Positions 39,176-49,116 are shown, numbered from the stretch's first letter. The stretch: DNA of 64,000 nt from Candidatus Bathyarchaeota archaeon (GCA_963832745.1 CAWHVC010000003.1:640001-704000), one strand, 5' to 3'. Notes: a model not told the origin generated them from the sequence alone. A program made the numbers and translations.

Positions 39176-40111
39176 ATGGCAGAACTTAATGGTAAAAAAG
39201 TGATGGTTACAGGTGGAGCAGGCTTTATTGGTTTCCACTTGTCAAAGAAACTCTCCAGTTTAACCGGTGACTTGACAATTTATGATAACTTGTCAAGCGG
39301 AAAAATAGAAAATGTCAACGATGTTCCCAAAGCCAAATTTTTTAAAGGCGACATCTTAGACCTTAAAACTTTGCTGTCACAGCCAAAAATGGATTTAATT
39401 TACCATTTAGCAGCCCAAGTCGTTGTCCCCTACTCCATGGAGAACCCAATGGAAGATTTTGACACAAACGCTAAAGGCACCCTTAGTGTTCTTGAAAAAG
39501 CCCGTAAAGACGATGCTAAACTGGTCTTTGCTTCAAGCGCCGCCGTCTATGGCAACCCATCCGTTTTTCCTACACCTGAAAGTTACGGTTTTCACCCATT
39601 CAGCTGTTACGGTTTATCCAAAGTAGTCGGCGAAGAATACTGTCAAATGTACCGTGAACAATACGGTTTAGATATTGCAATAACCCGTTTCGCCAACGTT
39701 TACGGTTCAAGATGTCACGGCGTAATTCACGACTTCTTAGACAAACTGGCTAAAGACCCAAACAAGCTTGTAATTATCGGTACTGGTCAGCAATGCCGCG
39801 ACTTCGTTCATGTTTCTGATGTAGTTGATGCGTTGGTTAAAGTTGGGACTATGGATTCCGCAGACGGCGAAGTTTACAATCTTGGTTACGGCAAAACCAT
39901 TTCTATTCTTGAACTTGCCAAAATGATGTTGACAATTCTTAATCTTCAAGATAAAACCGAAGTAACCACAACTAACGTTTCTTGGCAGGGTGATGTAACC
40001 AAAATATGGTTCGATATATCCAAAGCAAAGAAAGAGTTAAATTGGAATCCTAAGGTTAGTCTTGAAGATAACATAAAAGAAATCATCGCTGAGAGGAAAC
40101 TGACTAAATGA
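39176..40111 (+). CDS. NAD-dependent NDP-sugar epimerase/dehydratase
   Basis: VTGGAGFIG, HLAAQ, SSAAVYG, YGLSK, RDFVHVSDVV. Confidence 0.92.
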   Translation: MAELNGKKVMVTGGAGFIGFHLSKKLSSLTGDLTIYDNLSSGKIENVNDVPKAKFFKGDILDLKTLLSQPKMDLIYHLAAQVVVPYSMENPMEDFDTNAKGTLSVLEKARKDDAKLVFASSAAVYGNPSVFPTPESYGFHPFSCYGLSKVVGEEYCQMYREQYGLDIAITRFANVYGSRCHGVIHDFLDKLAKDPNKLVIIGTGQQCRDFVHVSDVVDALVKVGTMDSADGEVYNLGYGKTISILELAKMMLTILNLQDKTEVTTTNVSWQGDVTKIWFDISKAKKELNWNPKVSLEDNIKEIIAERKLTK

Positions 40112-40992
40112 CAACGTCACCAGCTAGAGGGTTACTTTCACTTTTAAGAATGCCCTACTGGCTGATGACTGGTGGATTATCACTTTTAACCGCTTTTGCC
40201 ATCACAAAAAGCATTATTGCACCTGAACAAATAGTGCTTATCTTCTTTTCGATGGCTTTCATTACAAGTGCCGGCTTTGCCATCAACGATTATTTTGACC
40301 GCGAAAGCGACGCAGTAATAAAACCTAAACGTCCAATCCCAGCAGGAGCGTTAACACTTAAACAGGTAATTGCAGTTTCAAGCTTACTTTTTGCTGTAGG
40401 CTTAATTATGTCCTACTTTATCAATTGGCTTAGCTTCACAATTATTGCCGCTGACTCGCTTCTGCTGCTTTTGTACTCGTATCTTGTAAAACGGAAATCT
40501 GGATTTGCCGCAAACATTCTTGTTGGCATCTTAACAGGCACTGCTTTCATGTTCGGTCAAGCAACAGTTCAAAACGAAATTACTCTTGCCTCGTTAAGCC
40601 TTTACCCAATAGCGTTTGGCACAATAGGTGGAAACGTTCTGCGTGACATATTAAGTTTAGAAGGCGACTCAAAAGTAGGTTACCCAACGTTGCCTCAAAA
40701 GGTTGGCAGTGTCAGCGCAGCAAAGGTTGGAGCTTTATTCTTCCTGTTAACTGGATTGCTTGCACCTTTACCTTACTTTATAACCCAATATACTGGTTTT
40801 ACGTTTTACTATTTGCCCCTTATTCTGTTGTGGAGTGCCCTTTTGATTTACTCTTCAATACGTCTTGCTACTTCTGCATCCACAATACAAAACGTGCGTA
40901 AATATGAACGCATAGTTACTATGTCAATGATTCTTCTTCCTTTAGCCCTGATAGTTGAAGCAATAGCTGGAATAGTTGGAATGCTAATATGA
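40108..40992 (+). CDS. UbiA prenyltransferase, digeranylgeranylglyceryl-phosphate synthase-like
   Basis: INDYFDRESDAVIKPKRPIPAG, RDILSLEGD, YPTLP; multi-TM. Confidence 0.85.
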   Translation: MTTSPARGLLSLLRMPYWLMTGGLSLLTAFAITKSIIAPEQIVLIFFSMAFITSAGFAINDYFDRESDAVIKPKRPIPAGALTLKQVIAVSSLLFAVGLIMSYFINWLSFTIIAADSLLLLLYSYLVKRKSGFAANILVGILTGTAFMFGQATVQNEITLASLSLYPIAFGTIGGNVLRDILSLEGDSKVGYPTLPQKVGSVSAAKVGALFFLLTGLLAPLPYFITQYTGFTFYYLPLILLWSALLIYSSIRLATSASTIQNVRKYERIVTMSMILLPLALIVEAIAGIVGMLI

Positions 40993-42491
40993 GCGAAACC
41001 AAAAGCATCTGCCCCGAATGCCAAAAGAAAATTGATGCCCAATTAAGCGAAGCAAACGGTAAAATACAAATTACCAAACAATGTCCTGAACATGGCGAAT
41101 TCCATGCAACCCATTGGCAAAGCAAACCAATCTTTGAACACATGAAAAAATATGACCAATTCCAGTATCTTGGCGACTTAAACGCACCCAAAAACCCTGA
41201 AGGTTGCCCATACGTTTGCGAAACCTGCCATAACCATGCGTCAGGCACAGTCATCGGCGTAATAGACGTAACTAAACGTTGTAACTTCAGGTGTGCAGTG
41301 TGCTTTTCAACTTTTCCTGGACAGGGCGATGATTATGAGCCAACTAAGCAAGCGCTCATAGAAATGCTTGAGTTCGCTGCAAAAGCAAACCCTAAGCCTC
41401 CTGCAATCTTGTTCAGCGGCGGTGAACCCTTAGAACGGGAAGATATGCCTGAAATCATCGCTGCAGCTCACGAATTAAAATTCATGACTATTCTGGCAAC
41501 CAACGGCACACACTTAGTTGACACGCCAGGTTTAGCTCAAAGGCTAAAAGACGCAGGATTAAACATTGTCTACTTATCTTTTGATAGCTTCCACGAAGAA
41601 TTTAACAAGAAAATCCGCGGTTTACCTCTTGTAGACCTGAAACTAAAAGCCCTTGATGTTTGCCGAAAATACGACATAGAAGTCATCCTTGTTAACACTT
41701 TAATGAAAAGCCTCAACGACGAAGAAGTCGGCGACATGATAAGATTTGCAGCTAAAAACACTGACATTGTGCGCGGCTTAATTTTCCAGCCTATCGCGTT
41801 TACTGGCAGAGCAACCGAGAATCCGTTCCGTGAAAACTTCCGTGAATGGAGTTTTGCTGAAGATGTGGAAAAGCAAACTAACGGTGAAATCAAAACTACT
41901 GACCTGTTTCCAATGTCAGTTATGACTTCACCGCTTAAAATCATGCGGCAGTTCATGCAGAAACCTTGGCCACTCTTTAGCTGTAGTCCACAATGTGGCA
42001 TCGTTAACTGGGTTTATGTTTCTCCACATTCGGGCAAAATGTTTCCAATTAACCGTTTCGTGAACTTTGACCGATTCTTTAACACTATCCGTAAAACCGC
42101 TGAGAACGCTGAATCCAAAAGCAAAATTCGACTGCTTGCACCACTGTTTATGGGCGCCATGATTTCAATGAACATGCTGCTGGTTACCAAAGAAGTGGGC
42201 ACCTTTACATTGATGAAAAGCATCATGCAAATGCACATGAGCCCCAACTATAAGTCGTTGGGTAAAATTCGTAGACGCATATTTCTGCTTGGATGCATGG
42301 CGTTTATGGATAGCTACAACTTTGACGTTAACCGTGTCCGCCGCTGTGTAGTTCATTATATTACGCCTGACAAGAAGATTATTCCCTTCTGCGCTTATAA
42401 CAACGTGCACCGAGTACAAATTGAAAAAGAATACATTGAATGTAACCAACAGAAAACTCCACAAAAAATAAAGGTTAAAGCTAAAGCTTAA
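40989..42491 (+). CDS. tes: Tetraether synthase Tes / GDGT-MAS family radical SAM enzyme
   Basis: N-terminal CPEC...CPEHG, CPYVCETCHNH, CNFRCAVC, FQPIAFTGR, MAFMDSYNFDVNRVRRC...IIPFCAYN. Confidence 0.85.
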   Translation: MSETKSICPECQKKIDAQLSEANGKIQITKQCPEHGEFHATHWQSKPIFEHMKKYDQFQYLGDLNAPKNPEGCPYVCETCHNHASGTVIGVIDVTKRCNFRCAVCFSTFPGQGDDYEPTKQALIEMLEFAAKANPKPPAILFSGGEPLEREDMPEIIAAAHELKFMTILATNGTHLVDTPGLAQRLKDAGLNIVYLSFDSFHEEFNKKIRGLPLVDLKLKALDVCRKYDIEVILVNTLMKSLNDEEVGDMIRFAAKNTDIVRGLIFQPIAFTGRATENPFRENFREWSFAEDVEKQTNGEIKTTDLFPMSVMTSPLKIMRQFMQKPWPLFSCSPQCGIVNWVYVSPHSGKMFPINRFVNFDRFFNTIRKTAENAESKSKIRLLAPLFMGAMISMNMLLVTKEVGTFTLMKSIMQMHMSPNYKSLGKIRRRIFLLGCMAFMDSYNFDVNRVRRCVVHYITPDKKIIPFCAYNNVHRVQIEKEYIECNQQKTPQKIKVKAKA

Positions 42492-43000
42492 GCTGAACTT
42501 GAAACTACGTCAATGTGCAACACGCAGTAATTGTTTGTAAAAACGTTATCTGCGTACAGTTCAAACACGACGCTGTAACTTCCCAGTGTGTTAATGCTTA
42601 TTGGTGCCTGCTCACTCCATGTTTCACCATTTTTTAAACTAAATTCGTAGGTTTTTTCTGCGGCTGTGTCAACTGGGAAACTGATTGTGTCTTGTACAAT
42701 TTTTACTTGTACCTGATAATTTGCAGTTTTTTGGGGGTCCTTTGGGTCATATAAGTGGTTTGCTACAAAGATTTGCTGGTTATAAGTACTGTTCTGGTTA
42801 GCCACAAGAACTTGAGAGTAATCGTTTGCGCTATTTTGTGAATCAAGAAGGTACATTTCGCTGTAACCTGACGGTTGCGGCGCATAAACAACAAAGTACA
42901 CTGCAACTACGCTGCAGACAACGATGAGTGCAATGGCGACTGCTGCAATGTAGCCTTTCTCAAGTTTTAACGTGACTGTTTGGCTGTTGTTGTTTTCCAT
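42488..43000 (-). CDS. DUF1616-like membrane-anchored protein
   Basis: N-terminal TM, YSEMYLLD...ANDY, VVFELY, LHIDV. Confidence 0.7.
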   Translation of the reverse strand: MENNNSQTVTLKLEKGYIAAVAIALIVVCSVVAVYFVVYAPQPSGYSEMYLLDSQNSANDYSQVLVANQNSTYNQQIFVANHLYDPKDPQKTANYQVQVKIVQDTISFPVDTAAEKTYEFSLKNGETWSEQAPISINTLGSYSVVFELYADNVFTNNYCVLHIDVVSSSA

Positions 43001-43007
43001 ACAGGTT

Positions 43008-43694
43008 TCACTTGTTTACTAAGCCTTTAACCATGGTGGTGAATATTTCTATTGTTGACTTAAACTTTTGCAGTTTAGGCTTGCCGTACCTTCGAATTTT
43101 GTAAGTGCTTTTAACTTCAACCATTTTGTAGTTTTTCTTTGTAAATTTGATAAGCATTTCAGTGGCAAAAGCCATGTCGCCCTCAACCAATTTTACGTTG
43201 TCGATGGCTTCATGTGATATTGCTCTAAATCCTGACTGGGTGTCACTAAGGTACTGGCTGTAAAGGAAGTCAAAACAGAAAGTGATAACTTTGTTACCAA
43301 TAAAATTGAAAAAGCCCATTGCTTTGTTTGGGTCATACATGCGGGTGGCAAGGACCATGTCGGCGTCTTCTTGAACCATTTTGTCAAGCATGCGACCGAT
43401 GTGTTTTACTTCGTAGGTTCCGTCGCCGTCTACCATTATGATAATGTTGCCTTTGGCGTTGTTCATTCCGGTTTTCAAGGCTCGTCCATAGCCGCGTCTG
43501 GGTTCAATGATTAGCCTGCAAAAGTTTGTGTCTCTAACGATTTCTTGTGTTCCGTCGGTAGAGTTTCCGTCAACAACAATTATTTCTTTTGGGTAATCTA
43601 GTTCTTTATAGATTGTTGTTACAGCTTCCAGTATGTTGCCTGCTTCATTGAGTGTTGGAATCACTATCGATACTAGTTCTACCTTTGATGTCAT
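43008..43694 (-). CDS. GT2 glycosyltransferase (DPM1-like)
   Basis: VIPTLNEA, VDGNSTDGT, RGYGRAL, VDGDGTY, DTQSGFRA. Confidence 0.92.
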   Translation of the reverse strand: MTSKVELVSIVIPTLNEAGNILEAVTTIYKELDYPKEIIVVDGNSTDGTQEIVRDTNFCRLIIEPRRGYGRALKTGMNNAKGNIIIMVDGDGTYEVKHIGRMLDKMVQEDADMVLATRMYDPNKAMGFFNFIGNKVITFCFDFLYSQYLSDTQSGFRAISHEAIDNVKLVEGDMAFATEMLIKFTKKNYKMVEVKSTYKIRRYGKPKLQKFKSTIEIFTTMVKGLVNK

Positions 43695-43739
43695 TCCCCA
43701 TCTTCCCATATTGAAAGGCTATATAGTGTCCGTGTTAGG

Positions 43740-44897
43740 TTAAATAAGCTCTTCGTATATTTCGATAAGCTGCTCCACATTCTTGTCCCAACCATAATTT
43801 TCCTCAACAACTAAACGCAATTCACCCTTACTTTCTTGAAAGTTGATTTCTGCAAATTCAACGATAGCTTCTGCCATTGCTTCTGAATCGTTTGCCCGAA
43901 CCAGTTTCCCGTAACCTTTCACCATTATTTCGCTTATTCCACCAACATTAGTAGCTACAACTGGCAAACCGCACGCCATTGCTTCCTGTGCAACAAGCGG
44001 TAAGCCTTCACCTGATTTTGACGGCAAAACAAACAGGTCTGCCGTGTTATAATAAAGGTGCAATTCTTCGTCGGGAACAAACCCTGCAAGCTTAAAATTG
44101 CGCTCCAAACCTAACTGTTTAATCTGCTGCTGTACACTGCTCATGTCGGGGCCTTTGCCCACGGCAAGAAAAACGATTTTATGGTTCTTTTTGGTTGCCA
44201 AACTGGCGCTTTCGATTAAGGTGTCTATGCCGTTCTTGTAAACCAGCCGTCGAACAGTCAAAACAACCCTTGCATCTTGCGGAATGCCCAGTTTTTTTCG
44301 CATTTCTGCTTTAACGTGGGGTAATGGTTTGAAACGTTGTAGGTCAACGCCGTTATGAATCACTTTAACTTTACTTGATTTGGCGCCGAGGCTTAGAACA
44401 TAGTTTTTGGTTGCATTGCTTATTGCTATGACCCTGTCTGCTTCATGCAAGGTCTGTTTGCCTACAGTTAAATCGTTTAGGCGTTCAACTTGGTCAAAAA
44501 TGTTATTGTAATCTATGTAGGTGTTGTGTTGGGTTAACACGAAGGGTTTACCATACTGTTTTGCAAGTTTTCCTGCTAAAAGCGAGCTTAAGTAGGGGTG
44601 ACCATGGGCATGTACGATTCGGGCGCCTTTAACGGCTTTAGTGAATACGCCAAGGCTTGCAACTGAGGGGAACACGTAAGGTATCCCAAGGCGGAAACCT
44701 AAATTCATAGAGTTGTAACATTGAACATTTATGCCTTCCACTTTATAGCATGGGGCTGTTTGGATACGGCTGGTTACAACCTGAGGCTCAAAACTCTTTT
44801 TTAGCAATCTTTTGCTTTGCTCATACACAACTTTTTCTATTCCACCCACATGAGGCAGAAACGTATGCGTAACAATGCAAAGCCTGTTTTGACCCAT
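43740..44897 (-). CDS. GT4 glycosyltransferase
   Basis: Start moved to MGQNRL; PHVGGIE, VIHNGVD, RRLVYKNG, EGLPLVAQEAMACG. Confidence 0.92.
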   Translation of the reverse strand: MGQNRLCIVTHTFLPHVGGIEKVVYEQSKRLLKKSFEPQVVTSRIQTAPCYKVEGINVQCYNSMNLGFRLGIPYVFPSVASLGVFTKAVKGARIVHAHGHPYLSSLLAGKLAKQYGKPFVLTQHNTYIDYNNIFDQVERLNDLTVGKQTLHEADRVIAISNATKNYVLSLGAKSSKVKVIHNGVDLQRFKPLPHVKAEMRKKLGIPQDARVVLTVRRLVYKNGIDTLIESASLATKKNHKIVFLAVGKGPDMSSVQQQIKQLGLERNFKLAGFVPDEELHLYYNTADLFVLPSKSGEGLPLVAQEAMACGLPVVATNVGGISEIMVKGYGKLVRANDSEAMAEAIVEFAEINFQESKGELRLVVEENYGWDKNVEQLIEIYEELI

Positions 44898-45021
44898 GAA
44901 GCTCCAACTTGTAATTCCCTCAATACGCAACCTAATAAGGTTATGGCTAAACCTGCAAACACATATTTTTGAAGTGAAAATAGCAATAAAATGAAAAATT
45001 AAGAAGAAAAACGGTGTTTTG

Positions 45022-45501
45022 TTAGGGCTTAGCGTTTCTAACTGAACGTGTGTACATGTTTGATGATGCACCTGCAATCAATGCACCAATCGGGTCATTG
45101 GTGAGTGGACCGAGTTTTTTGAGGATGCCGGGTTTTGCTTGGTCGAAACGGACAAACTCAAACATGCCTTTAGCGCCTGCAATGTACGTGGCTATGGCGA
45201 TGCCGAAGAGTTCGTCAGCAACTAAGCCGGGTCTGCCCATAAAGTATTCCATGCTTAAGCCTGGGATTAAGCCTTTTTCTGCGTCATCTTGTGCGTGGAA
45301 AGCTGCGGTGATTAGGGTTGCAATGTTGGGGTCAGTTAATGCTGCAATGAGTTCTTCTTTTAGTACTTCAGCAGCTTTTTCTGGGGTTTCGATGCCGGGG
45401 TGTGGCACGTACATTTCAAGTGCAGAGTCAATTAGGTCTTGCATGGTGATGCCGTGCTGTTCGAGCCATTTTAGCATCGGCGGGTTCTCGTTAGTACTCA
45501 T
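45022..45501 (-). CDS. cobZ: Alpha-ribazole phosphatase CobZ (PgpA-like archaeal type)
   Basis: ALTDPNI, LVADELFGIAIATYIAGAKGMFEFVRFDQAKPGIL, DPIGALIAG. Confidence 0.85.
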   Translation of the reverse strand: MSTNENPPMLKWLEQHGITMQDLIDSALEMYVPHPGIETPEKAAEVLKEELIAALTDPNIATLITAAFHAQDDAEKGLIPGLSMEYFMGRPGLVADELFGIAIATYIAGAKGMFEFVRFDQAKPGILKKLGPLTNDPIGALIAGASSNMYTRSVRNAKP

Positions 45502-45598
45502 AACTGTTACCTAACCGTCTAACCGAACTGTTTGCTTTAAAGTTTTATCAGCAAACCAACATGTGCTTACAATGTTTCTATGGGCAAGTTTGTTTCCT

Positions 45599-45702
45599 AC
45601 TGAATTTTAACATGTTAATGATGCTTTTTTCAACCATTAGCACCTACCCCCTATAGGTTTTAACATAGAACCACTAATAGGAGCCTAATAGGTTGGTGAA
45701 AA
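45599..45702 (+). repeat. Dispersed palindromic intergenic repeat, copy E (solo, no cargo gene)
   Basis: ACTGAATTTTAACATGTTAATGA...CATTAGCACCTACCCCCTATAGGTTTTAACATAGAACCACTAATAGGAGCCTAATAGGTTGG. Confidence 0.88.
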
Positions 45703-45818
45703 TGGTTGTTTGTCTTCAAACTTTTCAGTTGAATCAAAAGTATGTTGCAGTTTCGGTTTTTGGATGAAGTGTTTTTAAGCAGACAATGCAAACTTATTTG
45801 CGTCGAGGGAAAGAGCAA

Positions 45819-46202
45819 ATGATGGAAGGAGCCGACCGCGCCAACGTAATTAAAGAAGAATTAACCGATAAAGAAACTCGGTTTTTGGCGGTTTATGTTG
45901 AAGCAAAAAACAGTTGCCTAATCTTGCTTAGTGAAAACGAGGACAAGATGGGTACGATGGCTATTGCGGTCCCCAGAGGAAACGAGTCAATGGGATTAGC
46001 TTCTTCTTCGATTCTTGTTGGAGACAGAAACGTTATCAGCGCCCGAATGTTTGCCGAGTACGTGGCATCAAAAAAGAACAAGGTCGCAATGGTCTCAGTT
46101 TACCTTGAAAAGTTTGATGAGATGCAGGCGCAAAAATTTTTTATGAAACTGCTTGAAAAAGTTATGCAGTTAGAAACTAAAAAGCAGCCAACAGCAACAT
46201 AA
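45819..46202 (+). CDS. Conserved hypothetical protein (possibly proteasome assembly chaperone 4-like)
   Basis: CLILLSE...MGTMAIAVP...SSSILVG; GAGG SD. Confidence 0.65.
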   Translation: MMEGADRANVIKEELTDKETRFLAVYVEAKNSCLILLSENEDKMGTMAIAVPRGNESMGLASSSILVGDRNVISARMFAEYVASKKNKVAMVSVYLEKFDEMQAQKFFMKLLEKVMQLETKKQPTAT

Positions 46203-46257
46203 ACCTTTATACAAAACGTAGCTTCGTAGCTTACTTCGAGGCAGCAGGCGAAAAAGA

Positions 46258-46752
46258 ATGATAACTAAGCTGGCAGAAGGCGACTTTGACGTTATTTTTC
46301 ACGTAATTAACGAAGCCGCAGTTGCTTACAAAGGCGTGATTCCTGCTGACTGTTGGAAAGACCCTTACATGACAACAGAAGAACTCAAAGAAGAAATCGA
46401 TTGTGGTGTTCAGTTTTACGGGTTAAAAGAAAATGACCGTTTAGTTGCAGTTATGGGTATTCAATCAGTTAAAGATGTCACGTTAATCAGGCACGCCTAC
46501 GTACTCACAAGCCAACAACGTAAAGGCTACGGCGAGAAACTCTTCAAGTATCTTATCAGTTTAGCCACAACACCCGTGGTGTTGGTGGGAACTTGGAAAG
46601 CCGCTTATTGGGCAGTGAACTTTTACGTTAAACAAGGTTTCAAAATGGTTTCTGAAGAGGAAAAGAATAAGCTGCTGCAAACTTACTGGAGTATCTCTGA
46701 ACGCCAAGTTGAAACGTCAACCGTACTCAAAACAGAAAGGCAAAAACAATGA
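46258..46752 (+). CDS. GNAT N-acetyltransferase
   Basis: AYKGVIP, LIRHAYV..QRKGYG, WAVNFY..GF. Confidence 0.88.
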   Translation: MITKLAEGDFDVIFHVINEAAVAYKGVIPADCWKDPYMTTEELKEEIDCGVQFYGLKENDRLVAVMGIQSVKDVTLIRHAYVLTSQQRKGYGEKLFKYLISLATTPVVLVGTWKAAYWAVNFYVKQGFKMVSEEEKNKLLQTYWSISERQVETSTVLKTERQKQ

Positions 46753-47807
46753 AAAACACAATAATCCTAAAAGTCGACTTCCAACACCCGAATCCTGAAA
46801 AGATTCAGGTTGCCGCCGACATCATCAAAAAAGGCGGATTAGTAGCGTTTCCAACCGAAACCGTTTATGGACTTGGTGCTGACGCACTTAACTCGGCGGC
46901 TGTGCTGGCGTTGTTTAAAGCTAAAAACAGGCCGCTGGATAACCCGCCGATTCTGCATATTTCTCACATAAACAATGTCTACACTCTGGCAAAGCGTGTT
47001 CCCAAAAACGCTGAAGTCTTAATGAAACGGTTCTGGCCTGGACCCTTAACCCTGATTTTCACTCGTTCTGAAACAGTGCCTAAAGAAACCGTTGCAGGCC
47101 TTGATACGGTTGCTATCCGAATGCCCAAACACAACATTGCCCTTGCATTAATCAAACGAAGCGAAACACCAATAGCAGCTCCAAGCGCGAACCTTTCAGG
47201 AAAACCCAGCCCAACCACTGCCCAACACGTTTACAATGACCTGAACGGCAGAATCGACGCAATCATTGACGGCGGCGCCACAAACATAGGTGTTGAATCC
47301 ACAGTTTTGGATTTAAGCGTTGACCCGCCAATGGTGTTGCGTCCTGGCGGAACCCCCTTCGAGGCGATTCAGAAGATGCTGCCTAGCGTGGTGTTGCATC
47401 CTTTTGTTGCTTCCGAACGTGAAGTTGAGGTTGGTCAAGCTAAGTCGCCGGGGATGATGCATAAACATTACGCGCCAAACGCCGAAGTGGTGCTTATTGA
47501 GGGCGCAGTTCCAGCGGTAATTGCCAAAATCAAGACACTTTCAGAACAATATCGTCTTGAAGGCAAAAAAGTGGGCATACTGGCAACTGACGAAACCCAA
47601 AAAGAGTACACTGCTGACGTGGTAAAATCCATGGGTAGCCGTTTTAACCTTGATACGGTTGCAAGAAGCTTGTTTAGGGAACTTCGAGAGTTTAACGATG
47701 CGTCTGTGGATGTTATTTTGGCGGAAGGCGTTCCGTTAGAAGGCATGGGGTTAGCAGTGATGAATAGGCTGAGGAAAGCTTCAGGTTACAACATAATCAA
47801 AGCCTAA
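46749..47807 (+). CDS. sua5: Threonylcarbamoyl-AMP synthase Sua5
   Basis: VAFPTETVYGLGADA, KNRPLDNP, APSANLSG, SPGMMHKHYAP, C-terminal SUA5 domain. Confidence 0.96.
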   Translation: MKNTIILKVDFQHPNPEKIQVAADIIKKGGLVAFPTETVYGLGADALNSAAVLALFKAKNRPLDNPPILHISHINNVYTLAKRVPKNAEVLMKRFWPGPLTLIFTRSETVPKETVAGLDTVAIRMPKHNIALALIKRSETPIAAPSANLSGKPSPTTAQHVYNDLNGRIDAIIDGGATNIGVESTVLDLSVDPPMVLRPGGTPFEAIQKMLPSVVLHPFVASEREVEVGQAKSPGMMHKHYAPNAEVVLIEGAVPAVIAKIKTLSEQYRLEGKKVGILATDETQKEYTADVVKSMGSRFNLDTVARSLFRELREFNDASVDVILAEGVPLEGMGLAVMNRLRKASGYNIIKA

Positions 47808-48703
47808 GAAATAATTGACGCAAGCAACTTATCAAGCGTAATAGTTGCAACATTAAGTGAACTGTCACCGCCTCCATAATACACAAACAACTTGTCATCC
47901 ATCAATGCGTCACCGCAACTGAAAACCACGTTGGGCACTTTGCCGAAGCGTTCATAATTAGCCTTAGGAGACAAAACTGGTTCTTTTGAGCGGTGAAGAA
48001 TTTGTTCTGGATTGTTTTTATCCATCATTATTACGCCAAGGTGGTAAACGTTATCCATGTTGACGCCGTGATAAAGCGTAAGCCAGCCTTCGTTTAATTC
48101 AAAAGGCGTGCCTGCGACGCCAATTTTTAAGTCATCCCAGCCTTCCGCTCTGGGTTTCATTATACAACGGATGTCACACCAACTATCAAGATTCGCCGAG
48201 TAAGCAATACAAAGGTCAGGTTCAATTCGATGAAGCATTACGTATCTGCCGTTGACTTTCTTAGGAAAAACTGCCGCATCTTTATTTCTGATTCCCGGAA
48301 ATGGAAGCCTTCGAGCTCCCCAATTCCACTTTTGATTTTCAAAATCAGCTAAATCTAGTGACGTCAAAGCAACCTGAAAAACCTGTCTGTGACCGAACTC
48401 TTTCACTGCCGTGTAAGTCATGAAAAGTTGGTTTTCACATTTTACCACTCTTGGGTCTTCTACACCATTTGTTTCTGCATCGTTAGCAGGTTCAAAAACT
48501 GGGTCCGGCAAACGTTCATCAATATGGAAACCGTCTGTGGTTTTTGCGTAGCCGATTCTAGAAACGCTATCGTTTCCAAATGCTCGGTAAAAAATGTGGA
48601 TTGCACCTTTATGATAGATTACGCCAGCGTTTAATACTCCACGAGACTCCCACGGGTGCTCAGGGATGGGGTGAAGTATAGGGTTGCCTGAAAAGCGTTC
48701 CAT
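47804..48703 (-). CDS. GH130-family glycoside phosphorylase/glycosidase
   Basis: GVEDPRV, NKDAAVFP, MLHR, YHGV, VPNVVFSCG, YYGGGD. Confidence 0.9.
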   Translation of the reverse strand: MERFSGNPILHPIPEHPWESRGVLNAGVIYHKGAIHIFYRAFGNDSVSRIGYAKTTDGFHIDERLPDPVFEPANDAETNGVEDPRVVKCENQLFMTYTAVKEFGHRQVFQVALTSLDLADFENQKWNWGARRLPFPGIRNKDAAVFPKKVNGRYVMLHRIEPDLCIAYSANLDSWCDIRCIMKPRAEGWDDLKIGVAGTPFELNEGWLTLYHGVNMDNVYHLGVIMMDKNNPEQILHRSKEPVLSPKANYERFGKVPNVVFSCGDALMDDKLFVYYGGGDSSLNVATITLDKLLASIIS

Positions 48704-48714
48704 AAGCTCTCACT

Positions 48715-49116
48715 TCATGTTGGTACCTGCGCGGTTGTTTTCATGCCGAATACTTCATCAACAAAAGCCCTAAACGAGAAGAGCCCGATTAGTTTGCCTT
48801 CTTTATCGGTAACTGGCAGATGCCTGATTTTGTGTGAAAGCAGCAGATCCTTTGCTTCATCAAACGAGGATTCGAACCCGATAGTGGCTACATGTGTACT
48901 CATAACTTTACTTAACGGTTCATCAAGACTCATTCTTTGAGCAACCACGCGGATAGCGTCCCGTTCAGTAAAAATGCCTATGCACTTGTTTTCGTCGTCA
49001 ACTATAACCATTGAACCTACATGGCGTTCATCAAGCAGTTTAACGGCATCCAAAATAGACATGTTCTCTTTAGCGACTACTACATTCTTACACATAATAT
49101 CCTTAATTTTAAACAC
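48715..49116 (-). CDS. CBS-pair protein
   Basis: IGIFTERD, IRHLPV; GGAGG SD with GTG start. Confidence 0.9.
   Translation of the reverse strand: MFKIKDIMCKNVVVAKENMSILDAVKLLDERHVGSMVIVDDENKCIGIFTERDAIRVVAQRMSLDEPLSKVMSTHVATIGFESSFDEAKDLLLSHKIRHLPVTDKEGKLIGLFSFRAFVDEVFGMKTTAQVPT

Noticed and set aside
2747-45702. Repeat family as CRISPR array or classical integron attC sites
   Set aside because: Copies are kilobases apart with no spacer periodicity, lack proper RYYYAAC/GTTRRRY boxes, and no cas or intI gene is in the window.
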